From positions 288,001-352,000 of the forward strand of contig CAVSGG010000005.1 in the NCBI GenBank assembly GCA_963727455.1: a stretch of 64,000 nt of DNA, given 5' to 3'. The notes under the pieces are model-generated. The model was given only the letters and a program-made list of their open reading frames with translations. It searched no databases and was not told the origin of the DNA. A program made the position numbers and the translations under genes. The DNA is from Candidatus Krumholzibacteriota bacterium. GTDB taxonomy: Bacteria > Krumholzibacteriota > Krumholzibacteriia > JAJRXK01. The number at the start of each line of letters is the position of its first letter. The stretch's first letter is position 1. Below, in pieces: positions 21,629 through 32,360 of this stretch.

Positions 21629-23029
21629 ATGGCGAGCTATCGCAAGGAACGAGATTCGATGGGCGAGATGCAGGTACCCAGCTGGGCACTTTGGGGGGCT
21701 AGCACCCAACGCGCCGTCGAGAATTTTCCCATCTCGGGCCGGCCGGTACCGGCCGAGATCATTCACGCTTTCGGTCATTTGAAAGCCGCCTGCGCGGAGG
21801 CGAATCTCAGCCTGGGGAAGATCTCTCAGGCCAAGGCGAAGGCCATCATCCGTTCGGCCAACGAGCTGGCCAAGGGCGCGCTCGACGAGCACTTCCCCGT
21901 CGACATCTTCCAGACCGGTTCGGGAACTTCCACCAACATGAACGCCAACGAGGTCATCGCGAACCATGCCGCCAAGCTCAAGGGCAAGCCGGTGGGAGCG
22001 AAGGATCCACTACATCCCAACGACCACGTGAACATGGGGCAGAGCTCCAACGACACCTTTCCCACCGCCCTGCACGTGGCGGTCGCGATCGAGATGCAAC
22101 AGCAGCTGCGCCCAGCCATGCTGAAGATGCAGCGCGAGCTGAACAAGAAGGCGCGCAAGTGGGACCGCGTCACCAAGATCGGCCGCACCCATCTCATGGA
22201 CGCCACTCCGATCCGCGTGGGTCAGGTCTTCTCCGGTTACGCCTCGCAGATCGAGCACGGCATCCGGCGCATCGATCGCGCCCTGGAAGGTCTCTCCGAG
22301 CTCGCCATCGGTGGCACCGCGGTGGGCACCGGCATCAACACCCATCCTCGTTTCGCGGGCAAAGTCTGTAAGGAGCTGAGCCGGCGCACCAAGGTGAAGT
22401 TCCAGGAGGCAGAGAACCATCGCGAAGCTCAGGCTGCCAAGGACGCCATCGTGGATGCTTCCGGCGCGCTCAAGACCATAGCGGTGAGCCTCTCCAAGAT
22501 TGCCAACGACATCCGCTGGCTGGGAAGTGGCCCGCGCTGTGGCATCGGCGAGTTGCAGCTTCCCGCCACGCAACCGGGTTCGTCCATCATGCCCGGCAAG
22601 GTGAATCCGGTCATGTGCGAGAGCATGGTGCAAGTCGCGGCACGCGTGGTGGGCAACGACGCCGTCATCACCTACGCCGGCTTCGGTGGGGTGGGATCCA
22701 TCCTCGAGCTCAACGTGGCCATGCCGCTCATGGCGGACGCGATCCTGGAGAACATCCGCATCTTGAGCCACGTTCTCGATGCCTTCGTGGACAAGCTGCT
22801 GGTGGACCTCGAGGTCGATCGCAAGCGCATCAAGGGGCTGCTGGAGCAATCGCTGATGGTGGTAACCAGCCTGGCCCCGGCCATCGGCTACGACACCGCC
22901 TCCAAGCTGGCCAAGCGCGCGCTGAAGGAGGGGAAGACGATCCGCGAGGTGGCGCTGGAGGAGAAGGTGCTCGACGCCAAGGAGCTGAACGTCCTGCTCG
23001 ATCCGGCCCGCATGACCGAGCCGCACTGA
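21629..23029 (+). CDS. fumC: Class II fumarate hydratase
   Basis: QTGSGTSTNMN, GRTHLMDATP, GSSIMPGKVNP. Confidence 0.96.
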   Translation: MASYRKERDSMGEMQVPSWALWGASTQRAVENFPISGRPVPAEIIHAFGHLKAACAEANLSLGKISQAKAKAIIRSANELAKGALDEHFPVDIFQTGSGTSTNMNANEVIANHAAKLKGKPVGAKDPLHPNDHVNMGQSSNDTFPTALHVAVAIEMQQQLRPAMLKMQRELNKKARKWDRVTKIGRTHLMDATPIRVGQVFSGYASQIEHGIRRIDRALEGLSELAIGGTAVGTGINTHPRFAGKVCKELSRRTKVKFQEAENHREAQAAKDAIVDASGALKTIAVSLSKIANDIRWLGSGPRCGIGELQLPATQPGSSIMPGKVNPVMCESMVQVAARVVGNDAVITYAGFGGVGSILELNVAMPLMADAILENIRILSHVLDAFVDKLLVDLEVDRKRIKGLLEQSLMVVTSLAPAIGYDTASKLAKRALKEGKTIREVALEEKVLDAKELNVLLDPARMTEPH

Positions 23030-23092
23030 GGGCGCGCGACCGCGCAGTTCGCTACTAGGCCGGACTACACCGCGACACGATAGCCGCGCAGC

Positions 23093-24457
23093 TCAACGCG
23101 AGGGCAGTCTCGACCCGACCATGGCCCGGGCCCGGGCCGGGCCTGCCTTCGCGATCCACGCGACCAGTGTGATCGCTACCAGCGCGAGTCCCAAGGCCAA
23201 GCCCCACCAGATTCCTGCCAACTGCCAGTCGGTGCGCAGGCCCAGCCAATAGGCCAAGGGCAAAGCGAGGGCGTAGTAACCCCCGAGATTGATGAGGGCG
23301 GCCGGCAGCGTGCTTCCCATCCCGCGCAGGACTCCACCGCCGGTGACCTGGGTGCCGTCGAAGAGCTGGAAGGCGGCGGCGATGGGGAGGATGGAGGATG
23401 CCAGCTCCACCACCTCTGCGTTCTTGGTGTAGAGCAGGGGGAGCAGGTGTCGGGTGGAAACGATGACGAGAGCGGAGAGCGCCATCACGCCGGCGCCCAT
23501 TCCCACCGCCAGCCAGGCGCTCTGCTGCGCGCCGCGCGGATTGCCCTGGCCAATTCTCTGCCCCACCCGCGTCACCGCGGCCAGCGCGATGCCCAAAGGC
23601 ACCATGAAGGTGAGCGAGGCCAGGTTCAAGACGATGGTGTGCGCGGCCAGCGCCACTTCCCCCAGCCTTCCGGCCATCAAGGTGCAGATCTGAAACGCCC
23701 ACACTTCCAAGCTGAGTTGCAAGCCCACCGGAAGGCCCAGCACCAGAAGCTGCCTAAGACCGGCCAGCTCGAAGCAGTGCCGGCTCAGAGGGACCCACGC
23801 CCCGCGGTGCAGGCGCCAGCGCGCGATGAGAAAGAGCAGCATGCCGCACATCAGGACCCGCGAAAGGCCGGTGGCCATCCCGGCTCCACGCAGCCCCAGA
23901 GCCGGCACGCCGAGATGCCCAAAGATCAGAATCCAGTTGAAGGAAGCATTGAAAACATTTGCAACTAAAGCAACTAAGAGGGCAGGTCGTACGATCCCGC
24001 GGCCCTGCAAGTACTGGCGCAGGGCGGTGTAGACCAGAAAGAAGGCCACCGTGGGAATTTGGACCCGGGTGTAGATGGCGGCCTGGGCGGCCAGCTGAGG
24101 TTCCTGCCCCAAGAGCCGCAGCGCCGGACCGGTGAAGCCCCACAAGACGCTGATGGGAATGCTGATGAGCAGGGCGAGAAGGATGCCGCGCTGCAGGGTG
24201 AGTCCCAGCAGTTGACGATCGTGCGCGCCGGACGCCTGGGTGATCAGCGGGTCCATGCCGATGACGGCACCCATGGCGAAGATGAGGGTGCCGAAGGTCC
24301 ACAGATGTCCCAGGGCCGCGGCGCCCAGAGCTTCCACGCTCAGGTGCCCCACCATGAGCGTATCCACCACGCCCAGCATCATCGTCGCGACCTGGGTGAC
24401 GATGACGGGAACGGCCAGATTCCACAGCCGTCTGCTTTCTGCCATGCGGCCGCTCAT
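23093..24457 (-). CDS. MATE family efflux transporter
   Basis: LAVPVIVTQ...VDTLMVGHL, about 12 TMs, FQLFDGTQ...GVLRGMG. Confidence 0.92.
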   Translation of the reverse strand: MSGRMAESRRLWNLAVPVIVTQVATMMLGVVDTLMVGHLSVEALGAAALGHLWTFGTLIFAMGAVIGMDPLITQASGAHDRQLLGLTLQRGILLALLISIPISVLWGFTGPALRLLGQEPQLAAQAAIYTRVQIPTVAFFLVYTALRQYLQGRGIVRPALLVALVANVFNASFNWILIFGHLGVPALGLRGAGMATGLSRVLMCGMLLFLIARWRLHRGAWVPLSRHCFELAGLRQLLVLGLPVGLQLSLEVWAFQICTLMAGRLGEVALAAHTIVLNLASLTFMVPLGIALAAVTRVGQRIGQGNPRGAQQSAWLAVGMGAGVMALSALVIVSTRHLLPLLYTKNAEVVELASSILPIAAAFQLFDGTQVTGGGVLRGMGSTLPAALINLGGYYALALPLAYWLGLRTDWQLAGIWWGLALGLALVAITLVAWIAKAGPARARAMVGSRLPSR

Positions 24458-26412
24458 GATTCATTCCTTCGCGCGGTTTTCAGAAGCCAAGCTCCACAGG
24501 CCAAGAGTACGAGTGAGAATGACCAGGCCAGCGCACCATCGAGAGCAAAGGCTGCCTCGTGGTGCTCGAGCCAGATCCCTCCCAGCAGCAAGCTGCCGTT
24601 GTAACAGAGGTGGAGGAGCATGGCCGGCACGATCGATCCTGAACGCACCACGAGCAGAGCGAGCACGACGCCCAGCGCGGCAGTCGGCACGAAACGGAAG
24701 ATGCTCAAGTGGATGAGTCCGAAGAACACCGCGGTCGTCAGCACGGCCCAATGCGTGCTCCCCACGCGCCGCAATAGTCCGAGAAACGCGCCGCGAAATA
24801 CGAGCTCCTCGAAAATGGCGGGGGAGAGCGCGCCCACCACGAAAATCTTCCACGGCGCGAGTCCGGCAAACACACCCTGCATTTCCTGACCGAGCGAGCG
24901 TGGGGTGGGCAGGATGTGAGACTGCAGAGGCATCCAGCCGCCCATGATGGGAAGCAAGAGTCCCCAGGCAAGCATCGGGGCCGCCAGCCAGAACCGCGAC
25001 GGCGGGCGACGAAGCGAGAGCAACTGGGCGAGCTTTCCCCCGTTGCGGCCCAGCCAGAGAGAAAACGCGCCCAGGAGCGGCAACAGCAACCATAAACTCA
25101 CGAGGACGCCGTTCACCCGGTAGCGCGATTGCAGCAGGGAGCCGCAGTAGAAATAGCCCAGCACGGAAAGAGACATCGCCAGCAGTGCGGCGCGCCGACG
25201 GCCGCTCAGACTCTTGGCCAGAAAGGGCTCGGGATCGAAACCCAGAACCATTTCCTCGCGTCGCAGTTGCCGCGCTACCCAGCGCAGCACCACCGCGCTC
25301 CAGAGGAAGCTGGCCACACTGACTTCGAGAATGCTGATGGCGTGGATTTGCCCCGCCAGCAGATCCCGCATGGCAAAGGCCACGTTCACCACCGGGATCA
25401 TCGCAACGCTCGTGTTGAGTTGAATGGCCTGACTGGCGCTCAAAAGGCCCGCACCGAAGCAGAGCACCATGGTGGGAAGCACCAGCTGCTGTGCCTCCTT
25501 GAGACTACGCGCGAAACTCGAGATGGCCAGCAGGATGCCCCCCAGGAGGAAGGCAAGGGGCACCACCAGGGCCGCCGCGCTGAGGAGGGTACCCAGGCCC
25601 AGCGCCGTGGGTTGGGTCTGCGCGGAACTGTTCATGAGTCCAGCCGAGAAGCAAGCCGCAATGCTGAGCAGGCTGAGGATGCCCGAGATACTGGTCCCGG
25701 CCACAACGACCACAACCTTGGCCAGGGCGATTTCCTCCCGCGGTACCGGCGCCAGGTAGAGAGTCTCCAGAGTGCCCCGCTCCTTCTCGCCGGCCACGAG
25801 GTCACTCGCGAGCGCCGCGCCACTGACGAAGAGGGTCATGAGCAGCATGTAGACGATCATGCGTCCCGCGCGTGCGCCAGCTGCTTCGCTGCCGGTGGCA
25901 GCATCCAGGGTCGAAATGGAACTCAGCGAATTCAGATCGCCTTCTCCCCCATGAGCCGCGTAGCGTCGCTGTCTCTCCCGATCCCTTAGCTCCTTCAGGT
26001 CACTGCGCACTCGACCCACAGCGCTCCGGCTGCGCTCGAAGGTGCTTCGGTAACGCAGCTTGATGGTCGCCCCGCTGTCCGCTCCCGCGGTGCTAACACC
26101 CTGCGGGGCGTCCACCACGAGGTCGACTTCTCCTCGAGCCAGCGCGCTCTGCAACGAATCCGGGGGGGAGATCAGGACGAGATTGCTGTCGGCCGAGAGC
26201 GCTTCGTGCAGAAGCGTCGAGCCGCTTTGCAACACGACCCGGCTGACGACCCGTTGCTCGCTGGCCGCGTGCTGCCGTTGCAGGCTCGAGGACACCAGGA
26301 AGAGGAGGGGATAGAGGAAGACGGGCAAAAACACCCCGAAGAGCAACGCTCTCTTGTCAGCGCGGAGTTCGAGGAACTCCTTTCGTACCAGCACCGGCCA
26401 AACTCGTTTCAC
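24454..26412 (-). CDS. NatB-like ABC permease fused to a CPBP (CAAX/Abi) intramembrane metalloprotease
   Basis: AGEKERGTLETL; C-terminal EELVFRG, FGLIH, HLCYN. GTG start overlaps the ATPase stop. Confidence 0.88.
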   Translation of the reverse strand: MKRVWPVLVRKEFLELRADKRALLFGVFLPVFLYPLLFLVSSSLQRQHAASEQRVVSRVVLQSGSTLLHEALSADSNLVLISPPDSLQSALARGEVDLVVDAPQGVSTAGADSGATIKLRYRSTFERSRSAVGRVRSDLKELRDRERQRRYAAHGGEGDLNSLSSISTLDAATGSEAAGARAGRMIVYMLLMTLFVSGAALASDLVAGEKERGTLETLYLAPVPREEIALAKVVVVVAGTSISGILSLLSIAACFSAGLMNSSAQTQPTALGLGTLLSAAALVVPLAFLLGGILLAISSFARSLKEAQQLVLPTMVLCFGAGLLSASQAIQLNTSVAMIPVVNVAFAMRDLLAGQIHAISILEVSVASFLWSAVVLRWVARQLRREEMVLGFDPEPFLAKSLSGRRRAALLAMSLSVLGYFYCGSLLQSRYRVNGVLVSLWLLLPLLGAFSLWLGRNGGKLAQLLSLRRPPSRFWLAAPMLAWGLLLPIMGGWMPLQSHILPTPRSLGQEMQGVFAGLAPWKIFVVGALSPAIFEELVFRGAFLGLLRRVGSTHWAVLTTAVFFGLIHLSIFRFVPTAALGVVLALLVVRSGSIVPAMLLHLCYNGSLLLGGIWLEHHEAAFALDGALAWSFSLVLLACGAWLLKTARRNES

Positions 26413-27167
26413 GCCGCATCCTCTTGTTGCACGATCTGCCGGAAGATGGTTTGAAGGTCCTGTTCCCCGGTCGCGCTGCGGAGTTCCTCGAGGGTCCCCA
26501 TGGCCTGGATCTTCCCCTGATGGAGAATGCCAATGCGGTCGCAGAGGCTCTCCGCCTCGCTCATGATGTGCGTCGAGAAGAGCACGCATTTCCCCTCGTT
26601 TTTCGCGCCTACGATGAACTCCAGTGTGGTGGAGGAGGCGAGCACGTCGAGTCCACTGGTGGGTTCGTCGAGGATGAGAACCGGAGGATCGTGGACGACG
26701 GTGCGGGCGATGTTGACCTTCTGTTTCATCCCGGTGGAGAGCTTCTCGCAGCGCTGATCGGCGTAGCGGTCGACGCCGAAGGCCGCGAGAACCTCATGTA
26801 CGCGCGCGCTGAGCGCCTTCCCGTTCAGCCCATGCAGTTCGCCAAAGAGTGTGATCATCTCCTGCGCGGTCAGGCGGTGGTAGAGACCGGTGGTTCCCGA
26901 GAGGAAGCCGATGGAACGCCGCACCTCCTGTGCATCGCGCGCGATGTCATACCCGTTGACTTGCGCGCTGCCCCGGGTGGGGGTGAGAGCGGTCGAGAGC
27001 ATCCGTAGAGTCGTCGTCTTGCCTGCTCCGTTGAGCCCGAGAAGCCCGAAGATTTCGCCGGCGCGGCATTCGAAACTGACTCCGTCCACCGCGCGCACCC
27101 CTTCGCCGCCGCGGTGGTCCGGATAGATCTTCACCAACTCCTGGGTCTCGATCAGCGTTGGATTCAC
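26409..27167 (-). CDS. NatA-like ABC transporter ATP-binding protein
   Basis: [29 protein letters not shown]. Confidence 0.95.
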   Translation of the reverse strand: MNPTLIETQELVKIYPDHRGGEGVRAVDGVSFECRAGEIFGLLGLNGAGKTTTLRMLSTALTPTRGSAQVNGYDIARDAQEVRRSIGFLSGTTGLYHRLTAQEMITLFGELHGLNGKALSARVHEVLAAFGVDRYADQRCEKLSTGMKQKVNIARTVVHDPPVLILDEPTSGLDVLASSTTLEFIVGAKNEGKCVLFSTHIMSEAESLCDRIGILHQGKIQAMGTLEELRSATGEQDLQTIFRQIVQQEDAA

Positions 27168-28420
27168 CGATTCCTCCTTTGACCACGCAACAGGCGCCGC
27201 AGCGTGAGACCGGGATCGAACAGAATCTCCTCGCGGCGGCCGATGCGTGCGGCGTAAGCGAGGAACAACGCCGTCAAGATCGCGAGCGATCCCAAGCTCA
27301 GAAGTGCCATCTGTGGATCGAAGTTGCCGCGAATGGTCTCTCTCAGGAGGGCAGCCACGTTCACCACCGGAATCAGCGCGAACACCGTGCTCAGTTGGTC
27401 GCCCTGGGCGGCGATCACGATCCCGGCCAGAGCGGGAATCAGGTAGAGCGGCATCAGAGCGCTCTGTCCCTCGCGGTAGTTTTTGCTCGGCACGGCCGCG
27501 ATCATCATGGCGGCGGAGAGGAAGGCGGAGGTCAGAAGGGCCACGCCCATGACGAGGAGCGCCTCTCCGAGTCCCAATTGAAGACGGAAGGCAGTTTGCA
27601 GTCCCATCAATTTCAAAGCGAAGGCGAGGAATATGGCGAGGCTCATGAAATTCAGGAGGAAGGAAACGAGGCTCGAGAGAGTGACGAAGAGAAACTTGCC
27701 CAGGAGGATCTGTCCGCGCGTGAGGGGAGAGGTGACCAGAGTCTCCAGCGTTCCGCGTTCGCGCTCTCCCACCACCGTATCCAGAGTGGAGTAGTAAGCG
27801 CCCTGGGGCAGCATGATCACCAGCAGTACGGGGACGAGGAGTGAGAGCACGTAGCTTCCCACCTGTCGTTTGGACGCTGTGTCCTCCGCGGAGATTACCA
27901 AGGGCTCGAGGTCCCCGGTGCTCATCCCCACCGAACGGCCGAGTTCCATTTGTTCCCTTTCGACGTAGTCCTTCAATACTTCACTCAATCGGGCCTTTGC
28001 GCGCGCGGAGCGATCGCGAGAGGAATCGAAGAGCACGATGAAATTCTGCTTCGCCGGATCGCTCTTGCTCAGAACCGCCGCCTCCAGGCGGTCGCTCCCG
28101 CTGGCGGCTCGCAGCTTGCGGAACTGCTGAGGCAAGTTTCCTTGCTCATTGAGCTTCGCGTCCTCGGGGAGCGGGGCAAAGTGCAGGTTCTCGCAAGTCT
28201 GCAACGAATCGCTGAGCTCGGCGGGAAGATTTGCATCGAGATAGACTAGACTACTCTGTTTTTCGGTGACGCCCTGAATGAGCAAGAAAATCTGCCATGC
28301 GGAGAACCCCAAAAAGGGATACAGGAAGAGGGGAATGAGAAACAGGTGCACCACGAGACTGCGGTCGCGGAGCGCTTCTCGCGATTCCTTCTTCAGAATC
28401 CGAAGGGCCTGTTTCATCAT
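27164..28420 (-). CDS. NatB-like ABC permease
   Basis: KKESREALRDR N-terminus, VGERERGTLETL, multiple TMs. Confidence 0.88.
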   Translation of the reverse strand: MMKQALRILKKESREALRDRSLVVHLFLIPLFLYPFLGFSAWQIFLLIQGVTEKQSSLVYLDANLPAELSDSLQTCENLHFAPLPEDAKLNEQGNLPQQFRKLRAASGSDRLEAAVLSKSDPAKQNFIVLFDSSRDRSARAKARLSEVLKDYVEREQMELGRSVGMSTGDLEPLVISAEDTASKRQVGSYVLSLLVPVLLVIMLPQGAYYSTLDTVVGERERGTLETLVTSPLTRGQILLGKFLFVTLSSLVSFLLNFMSLAIFLAFALKLMGLQTAFRLQLGLGEALLVMGVALLTSAFLSAAMMIAAVPSKNYREGQSALMPLYLIPALAGIVIAAQGDQLSTVFALIPVVNVAALLRETIRGNFDPQMALLSLGSLAILTALFLAYAARIGRREEILFDPGLTLRRLLRGQRRNR

Positions 28421-28494
28421 GCTCGGGGGTGGGGCGCCATGAACGCCCATACTCGGGGCCTAGAGGGTCGGGGTCAAGAGCTGCCTCTGCATGC

Positions 28495-29166
28495 TCAGGC
28501 CTCGGCCAGACCTTCCCGGATGGCGAATCGAGCCAATTCTACCCGGTCGTGGATGTTGAGCTTGGCCATGAGCCGCGCGCTGTGATTCTCCACCGTCTTC
28601 ACGCTCAAGTGCATGGTGCGGGCGATTTCTTTCTTGGGCAGACCCTGCGCGATGTAGCGCAGGACTTCGATCTCCCGTTGGGTCAAAAGAGAGACTGCGG
28701 TCTTACCCTTGGCGGCGAGCTCGACTCCGTCATCGTCGACCAAGAGGCGGGCCCGTACCTGTTCGGAAAAATAGGATCCGCCGGATGCCACTTCCCGAAT
28801 GGCTTCGATGAGAACCGAGGGCTCGTCCGATTTCACCACATAGCCGCGCGCTCTGACTCGCAGCGCTTGCTCGATGTAATGGTCGTGAAAGAATGCGCTC
28901 ACGAAGATGATTCGCGGCGGTTCATCGAGCGAGTTGAGCCGGTGTGCGGCATCGAAACAGATCATGCCCGGCATGTCGATGTCCATGAGGATGAGGTCGG
29001 GCCTCAGCTCCGAAACTCGCGTGAACAGATTGTCGGCGCTGGGTAGAGTGTCCACCACTTCGAAACCCTCCTGGCGCGAGAGTTGAGCGGCCAGGGCCTC
29101 GCGCACTAGGGTATGATCGTCCACGATCAAAATCTTGAGTTTGGAGTCAGAAAGCTCGGCGTTCAT
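28495..29166 (-). CDS. NarL/LuxR-family response regulator
   Basis: ILIVDDH, LMDIDMPG, LTQREIEVL...KEIA...SVKTVENH. Confidence 0.95.
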   Translation of the reverse strand: MNAELSDSKLKILIVDDHTLVREALAAQLSRQEGFEVVDTLPSADNLFTRVSELRPDLILMDIDMPGMICFDAAHRLNSLDEPPRIIFVSAFFHDHYIEQALRVRARGYVVKSDEPSVLIEAIREVASGGSYFSEQVRARLLVDDDGVELAAKGKTAVSLLTQREIEVLRYIAQGLPKKEIARTMHLSVKTVENHSARLMAKLNIHDRVELARFAIREGLAEA

Positions 29167-29915
29167 TAGGACTCGTCTCCATTCTCGAGGCGGCACAACT
29201 CTATTTTTTCCAGCAGCCGAGCGATGGGGAAGGGCTTGTGAATCACGGTCAACATGGGACCCTCTTCGATTTCCGTGAGTTCCTTCGATCCCGTGCTCAT
29301 GAGAATCACGGGGAGGGAGGGAAACTCCGCGCGGATTCTCGCAGCGCCCTTTCCGTTTCCCATGCCGTCGAGGATCGAATCTACCACGAGAACCGGGTGG
29401 CGCGACTCGAACTCAGCACACAAACGCAGTAACTCCCGCAGCTCGGAGGCCACGGTGATTTCGTGACCCGCCGCCTTGAGTCCCGTCAACAGAATGGAAC
29501 GGATAAAGGTATCCGCCACCGCGAAGAGCACCACACCAGCGGTGCCTGGCCCCGTAGCGTCATTCAGGGGTGGGGGGCCGGTGGATGGATCGGAGGACCG
29601 TCTGGGCCTGAGGTCCCCGGCGAGGACAGGGGTAGATCCGAGGCTCTCCCTGGAGCGCAAAACCCCCTCCGAAAACCCCTGGATGGTGCTGGCGGCCGCG
29701 TGCGCCGCCTCGACGGCCTTTGCAATCGCGTCCCTCGCGGGCTCCTCAGCTTCGAGTTGCCCGGAGGCCAGGTCCAGGTAGCCCAGGACCGCAGTGAGCG
29801 CATTGCTCACTTCATGCGTGGTCCGCCGACCCAGACGGATGAGTTCCGTGAAAGCATCCTCGGAAGACTCTTCTCCTTCGGACCATCCATGCTTGTCATC
29901 GCGGGCTGCCGACAT
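29166..29915 (-). CDS. HisKA-like plus atypical receiver domain protein without HATPase
   Basis: H-box THEVSNALTAVLGY; receiver-like LVVDS...PVILMS...HKPF; TAATG overlap with the response regulator. Confidence 0.7.
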   Translation of the reverse strand: MSAARDDKHGWSEGEESSEDAFTELIRLGRRTTHEVSNALTAVLGYLDLASGQLEAEEPARDAIAKAVEAAHAAASTIQGFSEGVLRSRESLGSTPVLAGDLRPRRSSDPSTGPPPLNDATGPGTAGVVLFAVADTFIRSILLTGLKAAGHEITVASELRELLRLCAEFESRHPVLVVDSILDGMGNGKGAARIRAEFPSLPVILMSTGSKELTEIEEGPMLTVIHKPFPIARLLEKIELCRLENGDES

Positions 29916-29922
29916 GGTTTCC

Positions 29923-31146
29923 TCAGATTGCCTCGAAAACTCTCGTGATGATGGCGAGAGCTTGCTCCAACTCCTCCTCGCTGATGATCAAAGGAGGCGC
30001 GAATCGGATAATATTCCCGTGGGTTTGCTTGGCGAGGAGGCCGTTTTCCTTGAGGGCCACGCAGACGTCCCAAGCTTCGAATCCTTCGTCGAAGACTACC
30101 GCGTTCAGCAAGCCCTTGCCGCGGACGAGTTGAATGCGTGGGCAATCGATGGCGCGCAGTCGCTTCCGCAGCTTCTCGCCGAGCCTTTGGGAACGCTGGT
30201 CGAGATTCTCGCTCTCCAGAACCTCGATTGCAGCCTCACCAACCGCGGCGGCCAGAGGATTTCCACCGAAGGTGGAGCCGTGCGAGCCGGGAGTGAACAC
30301 ACCCAGTACGCTCTTGTCCGCCACGACAGCCGAGACAGGCAGGACGCCGCCGCCGAGGGCCTTGCCCAAACACATCATGTCGGGGCGGACGTTCTCGTGA
30401 TCGCAGGCGAACTTCTTTCCCGTCCGGCAAAATCCGGTCTGAACCTCGTCCGCTATCATCAGGATGCCATGCTCGGTGCAGATCTCCCGGACCGCCGTGA
30501 GATAACCGTCGTCAGGAACGTTGACTCCCGCTTCCCCTTGGATGGGCTCCACCAGAAAGGCCGCAGTATTTTCGTTGATGGCTTCCTCGAGTGCGCGCGC
30601 ATCGTTGTAGGGGATGACGGGGAAACCGGGAGTGAAGGGGCCGAAACCTTCCCGCGCGATCGGATCCGTGGAGAAGGAGATGATACTGATCGTGCGCCCA
30701 TGGAAATTTTCGCGGCAGGAGATGATCTCCTGCTTGCCGTCTTCTATGCCTTTGACTTGGTGGCCCCAGCGGCGCGCGGTCTTCAACGCGGTCTCCACGG
30801 CCTCGGCCCCGGTGTTCATAGGCAAGGCCATCTCATAACCGGTGTAGGCACAGAGGCGCTCGAGAAAGCCGCCCATGCGATCGTTGTGGAACGCACGGCT
30901 CGTGAGGGTGCAGCGCTTCGCCTGCTCCATCAGGGCGGCCATGATGTGCGGGTGTCGATGCCCCTGGTTCAGGGCCGAATAGGCCGAGAGGAAGTCCATG
31001 TAGCGCCGGCCCTCCGGGTCCTCTACCCATACACCCTGGGCGGTCGCGATGACCACGGGTAGCGGGTGATAGTTGTGCGCACCCACTCTCTCGGTGAGTT
31101 CGATGATCGACTCGCTGCTCGTGGTGGCCAGTTTGCTCTCGCTCAT
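29923..31146 (-). CDS. rocD: Ornithine aminotransferase
   Basis: [53 protein letters not shown]. Confidence 0.95.
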   Translation of the reverse strand: MSESKLATTSSESIIELTERVGAHNYHPLPVVIATAQGVWVEDPEGRRYMDFLSAYSALNQGHRHPHIMAALMEQAKRCTLTSRAFHNDRMGGFLERLCAYTGYEMALPMNTGAEAVETALKTARRWGHQVKGIEDGKQEIISCRENFHGRTISIISFSTDPIAREGFGPFTPGFPVIPYNDARALEEAINENTAAFLVEPIQGEAGVNVPDDGYLTAVREICTEHGILMIADEVQTGFCRTGKKFACDHENVRPDMMCLGKALGGGVLPVSAVVADKSVLGVFTPGSHGSTFGGNPLAAAVGEAAIEVLESENLDQRSQRLGEKLRKRLRAIDCPRIQLVRGKGLLNAVVFDEGFEAWDVCVALKENGLLAKQTHGNIIRFAPPLIISEEELEQALAIITRVFEAI

Positions 31147-31280
31147 CTCGGGGACGTCCTTTCCTGGGGTAAGGGCACCTCGCCTGGACGGCGCGGGCCC
31201 CGGCGCGAAGCGGTCGAATGGGCCCATTTTGTGGACAGGCTCTTGACAAGAAGGGCTTCTGAGCCAATCTAGTGCGAACC

Positions 31281-32327
31281 ATGCACCAGGCAAAAAGCAT
31301 ATCGCAAAGCCCCTCCGAAGAGTACCCCTCACAGAGCAAGGGGCAGGCTCGGGGGCTCGCCGAGGCGGCCTCCATTCTTCTCGGTCTACTCCTGCTCTTT
31401 TCGGCCGGGGCCAAGATCGCGGCTCCCAAGTCCTTCCTCGACGTAATTGGCCAGTTCCAAATCCTGCCCCGGGATTTCATCCTGCCGGTGGCGGCCGGGG
31501 TGACGGGGCTGGAACTCTCCCTCGCGTTGCTCTTCTTGACCGGAGCCTTCCGCCGCGTGGCGGCCTGGCTCAACCTCATGCTGATGATGCTCTTCGTGGG
31601 CCTCATGATCGAGGCGATTCGTAGGGGCTTCCAGCAGTGCGGATGTTTTGGGGAGGTTCTTCACCTTGCTCCCCGCCAAGAGATCTGGATCGATGTTCTT
31701 CTGCTCCTTCTCACTTTGGTGGTGATTTGGCGCGGGCAGAACCGCTCCTGGGGAAGCGCGGCACTTCGCCACACCCTGGCCTGGGGCGCGCTCTGCTTGG
31801 GTGCGTTCTTTTTCCTCTTGGGAGGGCCCGTTCCCGCTTCCACCGGGCAGTACGAGGTCGACCCCACTGCGCTCAAGGCTCTCGAAGGCGCCGAGCCCCC
31901 GATTGAGATCCCGCAGAACGGGATGATCTTCCTCTTCTCAGCCGATTGTGACCACTGCTGGGCATTCGCGGGGGGGGTGCAGATGACCGCGGACAAACTG
32001 GCGGGATTTCAGGTTCACGGAGTCACCTTCAGTTCTCCGAGCGAACTGGAGCGCTTCAAGGAGAGCTTCCAACCCAACTATCCCATTCACCGCATCTCCA
32101 AGCAGGCGTTCAACCGGCTCATCGATGTCTATCCCGGCGCCATCTGGTTCAAGGATGGAGAGGTGGCGGAAGCGTGGAGTGGATTCGTACCCTCGCACCG
32201 CGAACTGGCGAATCTCGGTGGTTACGACATTCGGCAGAACGCCGCGAACCCAACGTCCCAAAGCGGAGAGACTCAGCCCTCCGGTGCGGGACTCTTTGGC
32301 GGCACGGTCAGCGGCCGCCATCACTGA
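31281..32327 (+). CDS. MauE/DoxX-family membrane protein with C-terminal thioredoxin-like CxxC domain; start uncertain
   Basis: AKI...F...I..F, CGCFG motif, FSADCDHC. Confidence 0.75.
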   Translation: MHQAKSISQSPSEEYPSQSKGQARGLAEAASILLGLLLLFSAGAKIAAPKSFLDVIGQFQILPRDFILPVAAGVTGLELSLALLFLTGAFRRVAAWLNLMLMMLFVGLMIEAIRRGFQQCGCFGEVLHLAPRQEIWIDVLLLLLTLVVIWRGQNRSWGSAALRHTLAWGALCLGAFFFLLGGPVPASTGQYEVDPTALKALEGAEPPIEIPQNGMIFLFSADCDHCWAFAGGVQMTADKLAGFQVHGVTFSSPSELERFKESFQPNYPIHRISKQAFNRLIDVYPGAIWFKDGEVAEAWSGFVPSHRELANLGGYDIRQNAANPTSQSGETQPSGAGLFGGTVSGRHH

Positions 32328-32360
32328 GCGCTCCTCCAGTTTCGATTTTGGCCCGTACGA

